The notes beneath the pieces were generated by a model. That model searched no databases and was not told the DNA's origin. It worked only from the letters and a program-made list of their open reading frames with translations. Below, piece by piece: positions 21,235-40,189 of a stretch of DNA of 64,000 nucleotides. Where the stretch lies: assembly GCF_009914755.1 (NCBI RefSeq), contig NC_060939.1; one strand, 5' to 3'. The position numbers were made by a program, and so were the translations under genes. The stretch is from the human T2T-CHM13v2.0 reference genome, Homo sapiens. Position 1 is the first letter of the stretch, and each line of letters starts with the position of its first letter.

Positions 21235-21930
21235 GTGTCTAGTTGCAAGCAACAGAAAGCAACCTTCGTGAATTTACACAGAAAAAAAATGTTAAAAATA
21301 TTAAATAGTTCACAGAATCTCTGAAAGGACACTAGGCAACACAGCAAAAAACGTCAAAGATCATGCCACAGAAGTGCCATCAGTGGACAAAGTCATAGAA
21401 TCCTGGGCCACTAATATCACTGACATTGAATACTAGATGCTGCAGCTGGAATAGGTGCCATGCCAGCCTCAGAACACTGGCAGGACAAACTCTCCTGCTG
21501 CCTCCTTCACCTGAATGGATTCTGTATGCCATTAGCTTCCAAATCAAAGTCTGAGGGAGAAGTGTCTGAATGACAGTGACTAGGCCATGTGCCGGTGCCT
21601 TGGACGCAAGGAAATCTGAGAAAGTACGAGTTGGGCATTTTTCGCTTTATGGTGGGAGGTAGGCTCTGCCTTATAAAGTTTGCAAGAGGGTTTAAATGCT
21701 AGATGGCCCTTTTGGGCTAAGATGATATGGTGGAGCCACAAGAGGGAAGGAGTCTGGTCCCCTAAACCACCATGTCACCTTGTTGCCATGCTGATCTGAA
21801 ATACCTGCATCGGATTGTCATGTGGAGCAAAACAAAAATAAAATAAAATAAACCCAAAACATCTATAGTGTTAAGCCACTGAAATTGTAGAATTTATTTC
21901 TTATGGCAGATAGCAGTATTATCTTAACTA
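21235..21930. mobile_element. MLT1 LTR fragments
   Basis: AGTTGCAAGCAACAGAAA start; GTTAAGCCACTGAAATT 3'-end motif. Confidence 0.5.
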
Positions 21931-22272
21931 CCATAGTGGCCCAAAATCATTTTAAATTTCCACTTGATTGCCTCAGCAGATTCTTAAATTCAGGAGTCAT
22001 CCTCTTTATCCTACACCTCCAGATTTGCTCTCCTTTGTTTCCAGCCTCCCTAGCCCTCAGTCAGAAGCTTGGCTGTCACCTTGCACTCCTCCCTCTGCTT
22101 CACCCCTGACATTCAATCAGAGACCAAATTCTGCAGATTCCTGCTGTCAATTCCCTCCTCAGCTTTTCCACTTTTACTGTCTTGGCCCATTCACCAATTC
22201 TCATCTCTTTTCTGCTCTGACTACTGGATCAGTCTCTGAATGTGTCCTTGCCTTTACTCTGCCTCAGCTCCA

Positions 22273-22515
22273 GTTCATTCATCCATTCATCCATCCATCC
22301 ATCCATCCATCCATCCATCCAACCAACCATCCATCCAACCAACCATCCATCCATTCAACCATCCAAGCATTCATCCATCTAAACATCCAATCATCCATCC
22401 CATCCATCCAACCTTCCAATCATCTATCCATCAACCTATGCAATCATCTATCCATCAACCTATGCAATCATCTATCCATCCATCCCATCCATCCAACCAT
22501 CATCTATCCATCCAC
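22273..22515. repeat. Degenerate (TCCA)n tetranucleotide repeat
   Basis: Directly visible. Confidence 0.95.
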
Positions 22516-22559
22516 TTAATTTATATGTATTAAATACATTACCAGGGGTTAGACAGTAT

Positions 22560-23000
22560 AAATGTTATAATAAATGAGTCCTTGACAGAGGACCAAGTGT
22601 TGGGGAGACCAACGCTAATGAAATAGTCTCACTAATAAATATGTAATTACAGGTGCTATGAAAGAAAATTACAGGTTGCTGTGAGAACATCATAATGGGG
22701 CTCTGAACTGGTTAAGAGGTCAGGGACATCCTCCTTGAGGAGGTGACTTTTGAGCTGAGGTCTAAAGGCTAGAGGAGGTAAATTGGTCAAGGAGATGGGG
22801 ACTATGATCTTTCAAGCAGAGGGAACAGTGAGTGTGAAGACTCTGAGGCAGGGAGGAGCTGGACACATTTGGGAAGCCAAAAGTCCAATGTGGTAGAAGA
22901 ACCAGTCTTTTTTATCATGGTATTCCCAGGACCTAGCAGGGTGTCTGACACATAATAGGTGTTTCAAGAGCTTGTTGAAGGAGCCCATGAATGAATGAAG
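22560..23000. mobile_element. L2 fragments in both orientations
   Basis: GAGGAGGTGACTTTTGAGCTGAG (minus strand); L2 3' end ending in ATGAATGAATGAA (plus strand). Confidence 0.6.
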
Positions 23001-23661
23001 AGATGGGTGGTGGAGACAGATGGATAAAGAAATGGAACTGTAATCATGGCACAACGTACCACTGAAAAACAGAGCTGCAGCCTCCTTGCTGGTCTCCTTA
23101 CTTCAGGTTTGGCCACCTCCAATCCCTACTCCACCCTATGGCCCCAGGAGCTTAGGCCATTATAGCACTTATCACACTGGATATAATTGACTGGTTATTG
23201 TCTCCCTCCTCCTCCATAATGAGCTCCACAGAAACTTGTTTACCAATAGAGTCCCAGCACCCAACCCACTGCCTGCAAAGAGGAAGCATTGCATATAAAA
23301 ATTTAATGCGCTGGTAGGCATAGGAGGCAAACACCCAGCATCAAAGTCAATTGGGCAGGAGAGGGTGGAGTTGAGAATGAGTAAAACACAGTCAGCTGCC
23401 AGTGTCAGCCAGCACAGGAGGGGCTGAGAGCCAAGTGGAGCACTTACATGCCAGTGGCATTTGACAGTCATATATAGAGACAAGCCTAGAGCCTGCAGAG
23501 ATGAGCAAGAAAGCAGGTGCAGGAGATGCAAGGAGGAGCTGCAGGGCAGGCCCACGTCAAACAGGGGATGGCATCCTTTTGGCCTTTAAAGAGCTTGGCT
23601 TACACCTGTCAGGTCACACAACGCCCTTCAAAAGAAGGCACCCATACCTCCTGACACTTAA

Positions 23662-23966
<305 letters not shown>

Positions 23967-23993
23967 TTAACTGCTTTTCCTACTGCATCTTGG

Positions 23994-23994
<1 letters not shown>

Positions 23995-24040
<46 letters not shown>
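23995..24040. repeat. (TG)n microsatellite
   Basis: Directly visible. Confidence 0.98.
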
Positions 24041-24044
<4 letters not shown>

Positions 24045-24859
24045 ATGCATCCCCTAGGAGGACATCCTGTTTCTAGCCTCTGCACCTTCCCAATGCCCAG
24101 CCCAGTGCCTGACTCAGTGCCTGAGTAAATGTGCGTTGGAGGAATGAACAGCCAGCAAAAGAGAGAAGACATTGGGCCTGGCAGCAAAGCAGCTGGAAGG
24201 GAGGCCCCTAAACAAACAGAGCCTCTGCCAGGAAATCTAACAAACGAGGCCCCATGGACGATTGTGAGTTGTTGTTTGAATGCTTCCTGTTTGCTGGCTT
24301 GAAACCAGACTTCCTACAGTGTCTATTCTGGTCCTCTCACTTTGACTTACCGCTTTTCAAAATGATCAGTTTCACCATTCATTCTGCCCTTTTGGCTCCT
24401 AGTTTCTGCAACAGACAGATTGAATCTTCATGCATTTATTCATGAAACACTTCTGGAGTCCCTATTATGTGCGATACACTAAGTCACCAGACTCAGGATT
24501 CTATGAGAGAACCTGGTGGGAAAGACAGCTACAAATAAAAATTCACAATCTAGAGTGATAAGAGAACGAAACACCAGGGTGACACTGGGGAGCAGACACT
24601 CACACCAAAATAATATATGATTGTGTTTTTCCTGAATTCATTTCCTCATATATGAGTGACTAATGAACAAGATTGGAGGTATTTGGGTCAGGAATGCCAC
24701 TAATTGTTTCCCAAACACCCAGCTGTGTGGTCATTCAGGGCAGCTGGGAACAAACACCAGCCCAACAGTGTTCAAACTTCCAAGGACCAAGCCTGGGGGC
24801 TTTGCCACAGCACCAGCAATTACTCATTTGGCATGCGGCCACTCCTCACTCAGCCCCAA

Positions 24860-24946
24860 GGACCTCAGTCCTGCACTAGAGGGGTTTCCTGGGACAATGC
24901 TAAAACCAAACCAGTTCTGGGCAAACTGGGACAGTTGGTCACACTG
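24860..24946. mobile_element. hAT-Blackjack (MER81/MER94-like) fragment
   Basis: GGGCAAACTGGGACAGTTGGTCACACT terminus. Confidence 0.55.
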
Positions 24947-25306
24947 AAGTCTGTGGGCTTTGCTGAACTTGCAGGTCTGCACACACGCCAGGACAGCTGG
25001 TCTGGATCGGGGATAATAGAGGGAGAGGCATTAACTGCTGCGTGGAATCTTAGCCTCAGCACCTGCCTCTCTAATCTGGCACCCTGCCAGCCCCAGCTCC
25101 TAAGATGCAGGCCACTCACACTTCCTGCCTGCTGACTCAGCCACACCTCGGCTGCTTAGTTAGTCCTGATGGAGGCAGGACAAGTGGCCTTGAGCCAGTG
25201 AGGAGGGTGGAGACCCTGCTGCTCTTCATCACTCTATCCTTAGCAGCTAGCATGGTACTCCATGGAGCAGGGGTTCACTAATGAATGAGTTAAGAGTGGT
25301 CTTATG

Positions 25307-25590
25307 GCCGGGCGCGGCGGCTCACGCCTGTAATCCCAGCACTTTGGGAGGCCGAGGTGGGTAGATCATGAGGTCAGGAGTTCGAGACCAGCCTGGCCAA
25401 GATGGTGAAACCCTGTCTCTACTAAAAATACAAAAATTAGCCAGGCATGGTGGCGCACGCCTGTAGTCCCAGCTACTTGGGAGGCTGAGGCAGGAGAATC
25501 ACTTTAACCCAGGAGGTGGAGGTTGCAGTGAGCCGAGATCGTGCCATTGCACTCCAGCTTGGGCGACAAGAGTGAAACTCTGTCTTAAAC

Positions 25591-25620
<30 letters not shown>
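25307..25620 (+). mobile_element. AluS
   Basis: TSD AAGAGTGGTCTTA. Confidence 0.95.
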
Positions 25621-25621
<1 letters not shown>

Positions 25622-27379
25622 GAGTGGTCTTAGTCTCTCTCTGTTCAGTGGGGCTTAAAGCCTCTGACTCCTGCCATGTACTCCCCTCTACCCGCCTCCT
25701 AAATTCTCTTCTGTTGCAACTGAAATACGGGACACCAAGACCCCAGGGACCAAGCCAGAAAATGCATGCTGCCTGAAACCCAGCCGTTTCTCACTTTCCC
25801 ACTCCATGGGGACTCTTTTAAGGCTGCGCAGGCCCCTTTGGCCAATATCTGACTGCCGCCTGCCCCCTTCCCCCCTGAAGTGGCCTTGCCTTTTGCCTGC
25901 CAGACTTCCCATGTGCTGGAGTTTCCTGGGCAGATCTCCGGCATGTTGGCTGCTCCACCGCCCACAGCCTCGGGTCTGGCAGCTGCCTAGATGGGGATCC
26001 TATGTTTTACATACGCCTCCTGGGAAATCTGCATGCTGACTTTTCTGACCTTCTGAGCTGACAATGCTTTTGGGTTCTATCCCCACCCCACCCATCTGCA
26101 CCCTCAGGGTCAGTCACCATCAGTCGGGTGATGAGGAGGAAAACAAGGTATTAAGGGAAGTTCCAATCTTTTATTTTTCCCCCATCAACACATTTACCAT
26201 CAGCTAGCACCTGAGTCCCTGGAGAGCTGTGAGGAGGGTGTAGGAGGATCACGGGGCTATTTGTAGACACAGCCTCAGAGCTGGAGGGAACTGTCTGGGT
26301 CACTGAGCCCAGCCTCCCACCTGAGCAGGAAAGCAAACTTGCTGTACTCTGTCGATAAATGGGCCTTAAGCTTTTGCTTGAATCTGCCTTCATGGGTGGC
26401 TCACTCCCTTTCTGGGGTGTGGTTCATGGTTAGATTGTGCCTACTGTTAGGATGTTTTCCCTATATCTCTTGTAGTAAAATGAGCCCCTTGTTGTACATG
26501 TCAAATTCCAATGTTGCACTCCTGGATTCTGGTAAGCTTACCCTGTCGGTACCACTGTGGGTTGAGATGAGATCTCCCACTAAGGATGGGATGTTTCCCA
26601 TCATTGATCCATTGTATCAATCAGGATCCCGACAGGTGCACTCAAGTTAGGATAACATGAGGAAGATTTATTTTCAAAAGGACTACTTACCAACTTATGG
26701 GTGGGATAGACAGGAACCCCAGAGACAGTGCAGTGATCTGCCTTCACTAGCAGTGGAGATCTTACTTGTTAGGCCTGATGGATCAGGGGACAGACTGGTA
26801 GTTTCTGGAACCCACAAAGTGGAGTCATGTATAGGAGCTGTCTATCAGAACCACCTAGGGGCTTTCCAAATGCACTCTCCACTCCCAGACTCCCCAGGAG
26901 AGTTTCCTAGAGCAACAGGGAATGCAGGCTGGTTATCAGGGCCTGTGAAGCAAAGAAGCTGCATTTCATCACCAGATGTGAAGGCTGAGTTTGGGGCTAA
27001 GAAAGAGCAAAGTTGGAGGGGTTAGGACTCAGGCAGGCACTGGCCTGGGGCAGGGAGCCTGGGCAAAGCACAAATGTGGCCTGTGAGAGGCCCTGCAAAT
27101 GAGATGAGCACCTGGGGCCTATTGTTGCAGTTGACCTCTGGCCTGGCCAGGGCCTGTGTTGCTCCCCAAGATTTCTTTGCCACCCCAGACTCGGGATCCA
27201 TTTCCTTGAGTAACAGACGGCTCCTGTTCTCCTCACTTGAGAGTTCTTTTGTCTGACTGGACTCTTCCTTGTTTTTGTCAGTTCAGATGAGTGACCTTGT
27301 TCAGCTGAAGTCTTTTCTTTGGGCCTGGGGCCAACTTTTCTTGGGGCCCACCTGCTGCCCAGTTCCTCTATGATCCAGC

Positions 27380-27715
27380 TCTAATGCTTCCCAAATTATA
27401 AGGTGAATAAAAATCCTTAAGGACCTTGTCAAAATGACAACACTGATTTAGTAGGTCCTGGTGGGCTCAGAGATGCTACATTTGTAGCAAGCACTCAGAT
27501 AATACTGATGCTGCCCGTCCACACACCACACTTTGAGTAGCAAGCCTTGAACCCAGTGGTTCTCAATTCTTGGCTGGAATGAGCTTGAGCTCATCTGGAG
27601 CACATGGTGAAAACACAAAGGCCCAGGCCCTTGTGTACTCCAATGAGCCTGGACCTCAGCCAGCTGCATTAGCTCTCAAGGTGATTCTCATATACATTAG
27701 GGTTTCAGAACCATT
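27380..27715. mobile_element. MER5A/MER5B elements
   Basis: CCACACTTTGAGTAGCAAG and CAGTGGTTCTCAA termini. Confidence 0.6.
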
Positions 27716-27959
27716 GCTGGGCCTCTAGTGTGTTGCAGGTGGCTGGCCTGATTGGGTAGCATTGGTTGCCAACTGCATTTAAGGCCCTGGCACAACTCCC
27801 TGCCAAGATTTCCTGGAAGGCTCTTTCCCTAAGGGTGGCTTTATGTTGTCATTCCTTGACATTATGGGTCTCCTGTAGTCCCCCTCATCACTCTCCAACA
27901 ATAGGTCCCTTTCCTTAAAGCTCCAGGTCAGTGCTGACACTGGATGTCCCCATTGCCTA

Positions 27960-28047
27960 TAGCAGTGTTAGCAAACTATGGCCCACAGGCCAAACCAGCT
28001 GGCCACCTGTTTTGTAAATAATGTTTCATTAGAACAGTCATGCTCAT
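27960..28047 (+). mobile_element. MER58A 5' fragment
   Basis: GCAAACTATGGCCCACAGGCCAAA...TTTTGTAAATAA. Confidence 0.65.
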
Positions 28048-28520
28048 AAATACAAATACAAAAATGCTCCCATCCCCTTTGCAAATAGCATGATCAGGAA
28101 AATTGTCTCCCTTTGAAATATAACTTCCTATGAAGCTCCTATTAACCAGAGCTTTGAGAGCATGGCATGTGCCCAGTGTTGAGGACACAAGGCTAGGCCA
28201 CAGATAATGAACTCTTCCCCAGCAACCCCTGCAATGACCCTCCTCCCTGGGGGTCTGTGGATACTTCCCCTGCCTCCTTCTCCCCTATTTACATGCCAGG
28301 GCTAAGAGGGTGATAGACAAGCGTGAAACAAAATTACTTTCCATGTGAAACAGGCTACCCTACTTTGGCTGCCAAATGAAAATGCGAAAAGGTTCAAAAA
28401 TACAGTTTCTTGATGGATTGAAGATTGTGGAAACGGTGAGAAGGAAATGAGGCGGCCACTAGGGAAGCCCAGAGGAGATGTGGTGAGGCACCTAACATCC
28501 CCCTCTTCTACAAACCTTCA

Positions 28521-28925
<405 letters not shown>

Positions 28926-29259
28926 TCATCATCTGACCCAACAACCTCCAGGTAAGATATAGCAAGGATCCTCAGCCTGGGACTTGGCTCCATCCAATGC
29001 TTTGGAAGGGGAATCTGGCTTGACATTACAGGTCTCCTGCAGGCTCCCTCATCACTCTCCGATGATGGGTCTCCTTCCTCAAAGCTCCAGGTCATTGCTG
29101 ACATTGGTTGACCCTGCTGCCTAGAGCAAACTATGGCCCATGGGCCAAACCAACCATTTTGTAAATAATGTTTTACAATAATGTATCTACAAAATAGCAC
29201 CTATTTTGTAAATCACGTTTCAATAGAATACAGTCATGCTCATTTATTTATATCAGACC

Positions 29260-29424
29260 TCCCTCCCCCCAGTTACATTTTGGGTTGTGACAACTGAGGA
29301 GTGCTACTGGTATCAACTGGGTAGAGACTAGGATGCTGCTAAATATCCTACAGTTCACAGGACAGCCTTCATAACAAACAATGATCCAGCCTCAAATGTC
29401 AGCAGGCCAAGGTGGACAATACCT
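29260..29424 (+). mobile_element. MER20
   Basis: GTGCTACTGG...GGGTAGAGACTAGGATGCTGCTAAATATCCTACA. Confidence 0.75.
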
Positions 29425-29527
29425 TGTGTATTGTTTATGGCTGCTTCTGAGCTAAAATGGGAGAGTCGAGTAGATGTGACAGAGATCACATGACCTGCAG
29501 AGCCTAAAACATGTTCTATTTGGATTT

Positions 29528-30246
<719 letters not shown>

Positions 30247-30479
30247 TTAACCATCAAAGGCTTTTACAGAAAAAGTTTGTAGAACCCTCGGAGTCCCACC
30301 TCACCAGAGCTGAAGACTTGTTGGATTAACCTCATGAGAGGATTTTAGGTGGGCGTGACTTTGGATGTCAAGGAGAATGGAGAGTAAGCTGTGATCAGAA
30401 CGCTGTGGTCATGCCTCCATGGCTCTAGCTGACTCCCCCAAGGGCAAAGTCCACCCTGACCCTCCCCTATGGACACAGT

Positions 30480-31115
<636 letters not shown>

Positions 31116-31764
31116 CACTTTGCCACCTCATGGATGTCTGACCTCAGTTACCCTAGCACTAAGTAGAATTAGCCAGCCAGGAGCTCAAGGCCCTGGGGAG
31201 ACCCCTCAGTTAGGTGTGATGTGAGCAGACTGCCAGCACGGGCACCAACCGGTGTGTGTCCCTTTTCTCCAAACTCGAGAACAGAAATGTGATGGCAGCT
31301 TGAAGGGGGCTGGAAGGAGCTCTAGAACCCAGAGGTGAGACCTGCCTCAGCCTGCACCCCCTTTAGCAGCCAATGCCCCTGCTTGCCCCTAAGTTTCTCC
31401 ATCTCTAAAATGATGATCTTTGGGTGCACCTAATAAATATTTACATTTTTACATTATACTTTCTTCTAGCACCGGAACTAATATTCATTCATTATCATAG
31501 ACTTGGGGGGAATAAAAAGAGGAAAAAAAAAAGTTTTAACATCTAAATTTCCACTAATTCTAGTTTTTCCTAGATTTTTTTTCCATGTACAAAATTTATG
31601 CTTACTTTCACTCACTAGTGATTATACTATACAATTTTATTAGGTTTTTCCTTTTTTTATAACCTTTTCGTTTTTAAAAAAATTCTTACTAGATTATAAA
31701 ATTGGTGAAAATATGAAAAACACATGAATAAAAAAGCCAATAGTAATCATCACCTATAATGCCA

Positions 31765-31990
31765 CATATGTAAATATATATATACATATATAAATATATA
31801 CACGTGTATATATAAATATAAACATCTATTTTCCTAGGCATATATGTGTTTACATTTATACGTGTATGTGTGTATATATTTAAATATGTATATATATTTA
31901 CAAATAGGAGATAGTTATAGATATTTTAAAATACACATATATATACACAATACATGTGTTTATATAAACACATACTTTATGTATCTGTTT
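31765..31990. repeat. (TA)/(CA)-rich low-complexity tract
   Basis: Directly visible. Confidence 0.85.
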
Positions 31991-32448
31991 ATAATTTATT
32001 TTTATTATAAAATTAATATATTTTCATTAGAAAAAATTCAAACACTCATAAATAAGCTTTCTCTTAGCCTCAAAACCATCCCTCAGAGATAATAACCCCT
32101 ATTTTCAATTTGGTATCTATCTTTACAGGCATTTATTTCATTTGTAGGTATACATGTGTCTACATTTTTAACACAGATAGGATCTTAACATAGTACTGTT
32201 CTGTGACTTGCCTTTTCACTTAAAATATTATTGGCATATTCATAGAATGTTCTCTCCTGCTTTATTCACTTAACTTTCAAAGATAACTTCTAGACTTTTT
32301 ATAAACTGAAGTATTTTACTGAATGGCTATAGTTGTTAAACCTCACTTTGGCACTTCTTTGTTATTTCTGATTTTAACTTATTTTTTAAATTACACAAGT
32401 AGTATGTAGATACATTCACATTAAAAAAAATTCAAACTATAAGGAAGA

Positions 32449-32753
<305 letters not shown>

Positions 32754-33557
32754 CTATAAGGAAGAAAAGAGAGCAGTTTGCCTTCCTCTTTTCCCCACCC
32801 ATATTCCTGTCCAGCAATAGCCACTGTAACAGTCTCTCTTCTATGCATTTACATATATGAACATATTTATCTACTGGATTCACACAGTACCTATTGTTCT
32901 GCAACCTGCCTTTTACATACACGTAGAAATCTACAGAGCCTTCACCGGCCTATTCAATGCCTTTACTGGATTTAGAAAAAGGCACTCCTTTATCAAATAA
33001 GTATTTTTTAAGTTAGCACAATCTGATTAGCTCTGCCAAGGGTGCTTTCCAGAGTGTGGCCTGGCTCTGGCATGGCCTGGCTGTGCACCACACTCTCATC
33101 CACTTATACTCTGAACTCCCTGAATGCCAGTGTGCTTGAGCCTCCAAAGAGGGCACAGTCCACCTCCACATGAGGAATCCATGTCAGATTTGGAGTTAGG
33201 CAGGAGGCAGGGATTGGAGCAGCAGGTGAATAAGAGGAGATTTCAGTGGGCTCCTAGAATACATGTGGGACTGGTTTTAACTACATATGCATGTGTGTGC
33301 TGGTGAGTGTGAGTGCATGCTCTGCTGAGTGTGTGCATGGCTATGTGTGCCGGTACTAAACTACATGAGCACAAGCAAGCTCTCACATCTCAGTATATGT
33401 CTAAGATGTCAATGAAGTTCCCTTGTGCAGTGAACAACCTAGACAGCAGTAGGCAGCATCCCTGGAGATGGACTTGTTTTTAACAGCTACATAGCAATGC
33501 ATAAAATGGCTGTATCATAATTTAGCTAGGTGTTCCCTTTTTGATGGATATTTAGCT

Positions 33558-33718
33558 TCCCTCCCTCCCTCCCTCCCTTCCCTCTTTTCCTCCCTCCTTT
33601 CTTCTCTCACTCCCTCCCTCTCTCCCACCTTTCCTACTTCCCTCCCTCCCTCTTTCCTTCCCTCCTTCCCTCCCTCCCTCTCTCCTTCCTTCCTTCCCTC
33701 CCTCCCTCCTTCCTTCCT
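33558..33718. repeat. Polypyrimidine (CCCT/CCTT)n tract
   Basis: ~160 bp almost entirely C/T on +. Confidence 0.95.
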
Positions 33719-33719
33719 G

Positions 33720-34110
33720 TCTACCAACCTGTCTATTGTTATTACAAACAATGGTGTTAGGAATTTCTCTGCACTCACTTCTTTGAGTATTTCTGTAGCC
33801 TAGACTACTAAAAGCACAATTACTAGGTCAGAGGTAGGTGCACTTAAATTTTAAAAACTATTGCCTTCTAGTATTTTTATGCCCCAAACTGAATGACTGA
33901 CAGTCCTTGTTTCATCATGACCTTTCTGGCTTTAAGTATAGTTAAAACAATTTTCTAGCTTTGAAGGCAAGGTATGGTATCTCATTGTTTGTTTCCTTTG
34001 CATTTCTTTGCTTACTAGCTAGATTGAACATGTTTACCACTTTGTTTGCCAATTACTTTTGGTTGCTTGCTAATTATCTGTTTGTGTCCTTACTCATTTA
34101 TCTATTGCAA
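33720..34110 (-). mobile_element. L1ME fragment
   Basis: ATGGTATCTCATTGTTTG...TTTGCATTTCTTTG. Confidence 0.55.
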
Positions 34111-34159
34111 AAGACCAACTACTTTTAGCCATGACTGGATTAGATAACTAATTAGATAA

Positions 34160-34390
34160 CTTATTGTTTACTAAGCATTTTTTTTGTGCCAGACACTATG
34201 CTAAGCACTTTGCACAGACTATTTTTCATTTAATTAACTTAGCGAAGAAGATATTGTTATCTCCACTTTAAAGATAAGAGACTAAGGCTTAGAGAACTAG
34301 AACAACATAGATCACTCACCTGGGTGAGTTGAAGGTGCCACAGTTTGAGCCCAGCACTGACTACTCAGTCCTCTAACCACTCAGTTGTAT
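34160..34390 (-). mobile_element. MIR
   Basis: GTGCCAGACACTATGCTAAGCACTTT...GACTAAGGCTTAGAGA. Confidence 0.75.
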
Positions 34391-34874
34391 TGTCACAAGG
34401 GTGTCTTGAAACTTCTTTAACATGTGATTTGTTGACTGATTCATTCATTTAATGAACACTGATTTCCCACACTGGGGCAAGCACATATCTGCCTGGCACC
34501 CAGGCCACAGTGGGTTTGCAAGGTGCTACCTATAAGCTCTACACATATAGTGTGGCATGAATGCTAAGCTTTGGACTGATAGGGACAAGCAGAGGGAGCT
34601 GTTACTAGAACCTGGAAAGAGTGGCTGGGTGGAAAAGGCCATTGACAGGAGAATGGCTTTGGTAGAAGAGTGTCACCAATCTTTTATGACCAGCAGCACT
34701 AGAACCAGAATAAACACCTATCCTGACACTCCTCCCTCCCTCCCATCTCCTGCCAGTGCTTCCCATGCACCAGACACCACTGGAGGCTAAAGGACAAGGA
34801 TATTCACTGAGGAAGTCCATTTGGGTCAGCCTCTCAGGGTACAGAGTTGGGGAGGGCATGATAAAATATATCTA

Positions 34875-35211
<337 letters not shown>

Positions 35212-35442
35212 CTAGAGGGACAAACAGAAGACATCCATCACCTCGTCTTCTGCACGTGTGGTGGATTCCCAGCAATAGCTGGGGATCCAACCATTTTGCT
35301 CACTGGACCAGGTACACCTTAATAGTGGCCACTTGTGGGATCTACTGGGCCAAGGCCTAGACAAGGCAGGTCACTGATGCAAGTTCATTGGAGAGAAAAT
35401 GGGTTTGCAGGGGTGTTTATGGGGTTACTGGGAATTTTACTC

Positions 35443-35572
35443 TTTTAATTTATTTTAACTTTTAGGTTCAGGGGTACATGTGCAGGATTGTTATATAGGT
35501 AAACTCACGTCGCAGGGGTTTGTTGTACACATCACTTCATCACCCAGGTACTAAGCCTAGTACCCAATAGTT
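35443..35572 (-). mobile_element. Old L1PA 3' end
   Basis: GGTTCAGGGGTACATGTGCAGG...CCCAGGTACTAAGCCTAGTACCCAATAG. Confidence 0.8.
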
Positions 35573-35576
35573 ACAT

Positions 35577-35745
35577 TTATTTATTTTCGAGACAGGGTCT
35601 TGCTATGTTGCCCAAGCTGGAGTGCAGTGGCACAAACATGGCTCACTGCAGCCTTGACCTCCCAGGCTCCCAAGTAGCTAGGACCTCAGCTCCCAAGTAG
35701 CTAGGACCACAGGTGTGTGCCACCATACTTGACTACTTTTTTAAT
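35577..35745 (-). mobile_element. Partial AluJ
   Basis: Right-arm-like fragment. Confidence 0.85.
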
Positions 35746-35749
35746 TTTT

Positions 35750-36610
<861 letters not shown>

Positions 36611-36662
36611 TCAATTAGAAGCCATAAGAAAGAGTAGAATTGATAAGTAAATACAAGATGGT

Positions 36663-37594
<932 letters not shown>

Positions 37595-38657
37595 GAAACA
37601 TTTTTAAAAAGATAACATAAACAGATAATCCTTTGAATCCTAGTCAAGGAGCAGGAATAATTACAATTAGAATGAAGAAAGGGCTATACAATTAGGTATA
37701 GGATAGTTCTATGTGTTGAGAACAGCTAGCCTGGCCATCACAATAATGCTGTTAGATGTCCTGCCTGAATGAACCCAGTGGGATGTTCCCTGAGAGGCAT
37801 TATGGGGCAGCATTCCCTATCCTCATTTGGTTACTGTATCAAGTGCTTGGTTTTGCATCTCAGAATGCTGATTTTGTCATCAGATCCATTTCTCAGGCAG
37901 ACTCACAATAGCCAAGTTCATAAGACTGATGTATAAATCTAAGTACCAATTTATAAATTAAAAATGAGAAATATAACTGAGGCTGGAAAACAGCCCAATC
38001 ATATTAATCACAACAAAGGAAGTCTGTTAGATAAATTGAGCATTTCTAATAACAAGACATCCTTGTGAAGAATGTAAACTAGATAAAAATGTTCATTTTA
38101 CAATAAGGATCACCTTGTCAGCTGGACCAGCATATGTGAAATTCAGCCACTGAAACTGCCTATCCCCTGGACCGTGCTGAGATGAACACTGCTGATTATT
38201 GCATCTCTGACTCTCCTTTGTCTCTGCTTCTACGAGGACCAACCTTCCCCTCTTTATGATTGACACTGGCTTGTTTCAGATAGGTCAGTGCATTCTAAAG
38301 GCAAATGAACAACGGCAGTCCTAGGAGCCGCTCCATCATTTTAGTTACAGAGCTCATGGACATAGATCCATGGTCTGCAGACAGGTTCTGGGAGATACGG
38401 GAACTTTCTAAACTAGATGGAAAGCTTTACATATAGTTTTTGCAGTTTTCTAAGGAGAGAATCTACAGGCTTCATGAGACCCTCAAAGAGGCCCACAAAC
38501 TAAAAACAACAATTAAAATCTTCAAACATCTCTACTGTGATCTTTTTGAGTTGGGTTTGCAGTTTAATTCTCAGTAATTTTATCCTCATGCTCAGAAGAA
38601 ACTCACATTTGCCCCAGGGTGCTGACAGCACAAGTATATATTAACAAATAAATTTGA

Positions 38658-38975
<318 letters not shown>

Positions 38976-39867
38976 TCAATGAAATAGGCAAATTTCTATA
39001 AAAATACATACTATCAAAATTGATAAAACATGGAGTGAAAAACCTGACTGGACCAGTAAGTCAGGCAGAGACTGAGAACGTTTTCAAGCATAATGTTGGA
39101 AAGCAATCTCACACATGGAAATATGTAGTATGGAGAATGCAAGCATCATGGGGAAGACTGGAAATCATAAACATACTCATTTCTGGAACTGTCTATGGGC
39201 CCATGGGGCAAAGCAATGGGTATGCCTGCATCCAATCATCTTAAAGTATAGGGGGAACTTGGGACCTGGAGAACAGGGGAGAAGGATTTAGTCCAAGTGA
39301 GCCTTTGAGTCCATCTTGCCTTGCTTGCTGCTGGTGGAGGGAGAGTATTTGAATACTAACCCTTTCAGGAGCAGATCTTTTCAGACCCTTCCTGTCTTGC
39401 CCAGAGGAACTACTGCTAAACAAGAGAACACACATGAGTAAGACTGCCGGGGACACCAGCGGATGAAGCAACAGAACTAACAACGAAACAAACAGCATAG
39501 ACTCCCATGCTGACTTAGTTGGCATTCTGGTTTTCTCTCTCTGAGCATAAGTATCCTTTGGCCTGAGTAAATTTCCTGGAATTATCATAAAAGGGAGGAT
39601 AAAAGAGGGTAAGGGAAGGTAAAATGGGAGTTTAGAATCATTTAACGTAAGCTCATTTGATACTACTGATGAATTGGGCTACATCAGGTAGATATAGATG
39701 AAAAATCTAAACTAAAACATTAACAGATGTAATTAAACAACATAATGAAAGAAAAACTCACTATAGTTGTGCTAAGCATATCAATAATACAAGAAAAATT
39801 CAATAAGTAAGCCTATTAATATACTACTTTAAAACTATAGATCAAATATAAAAATGATCATCTTTGA

Positions 39868-40189
<322 letters not shown>

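Noticed and set aside
21968-22533. His/Pro/Ser/Ile-rich ORFs
   Set aside because: Translation of the (TCCA)n repeat
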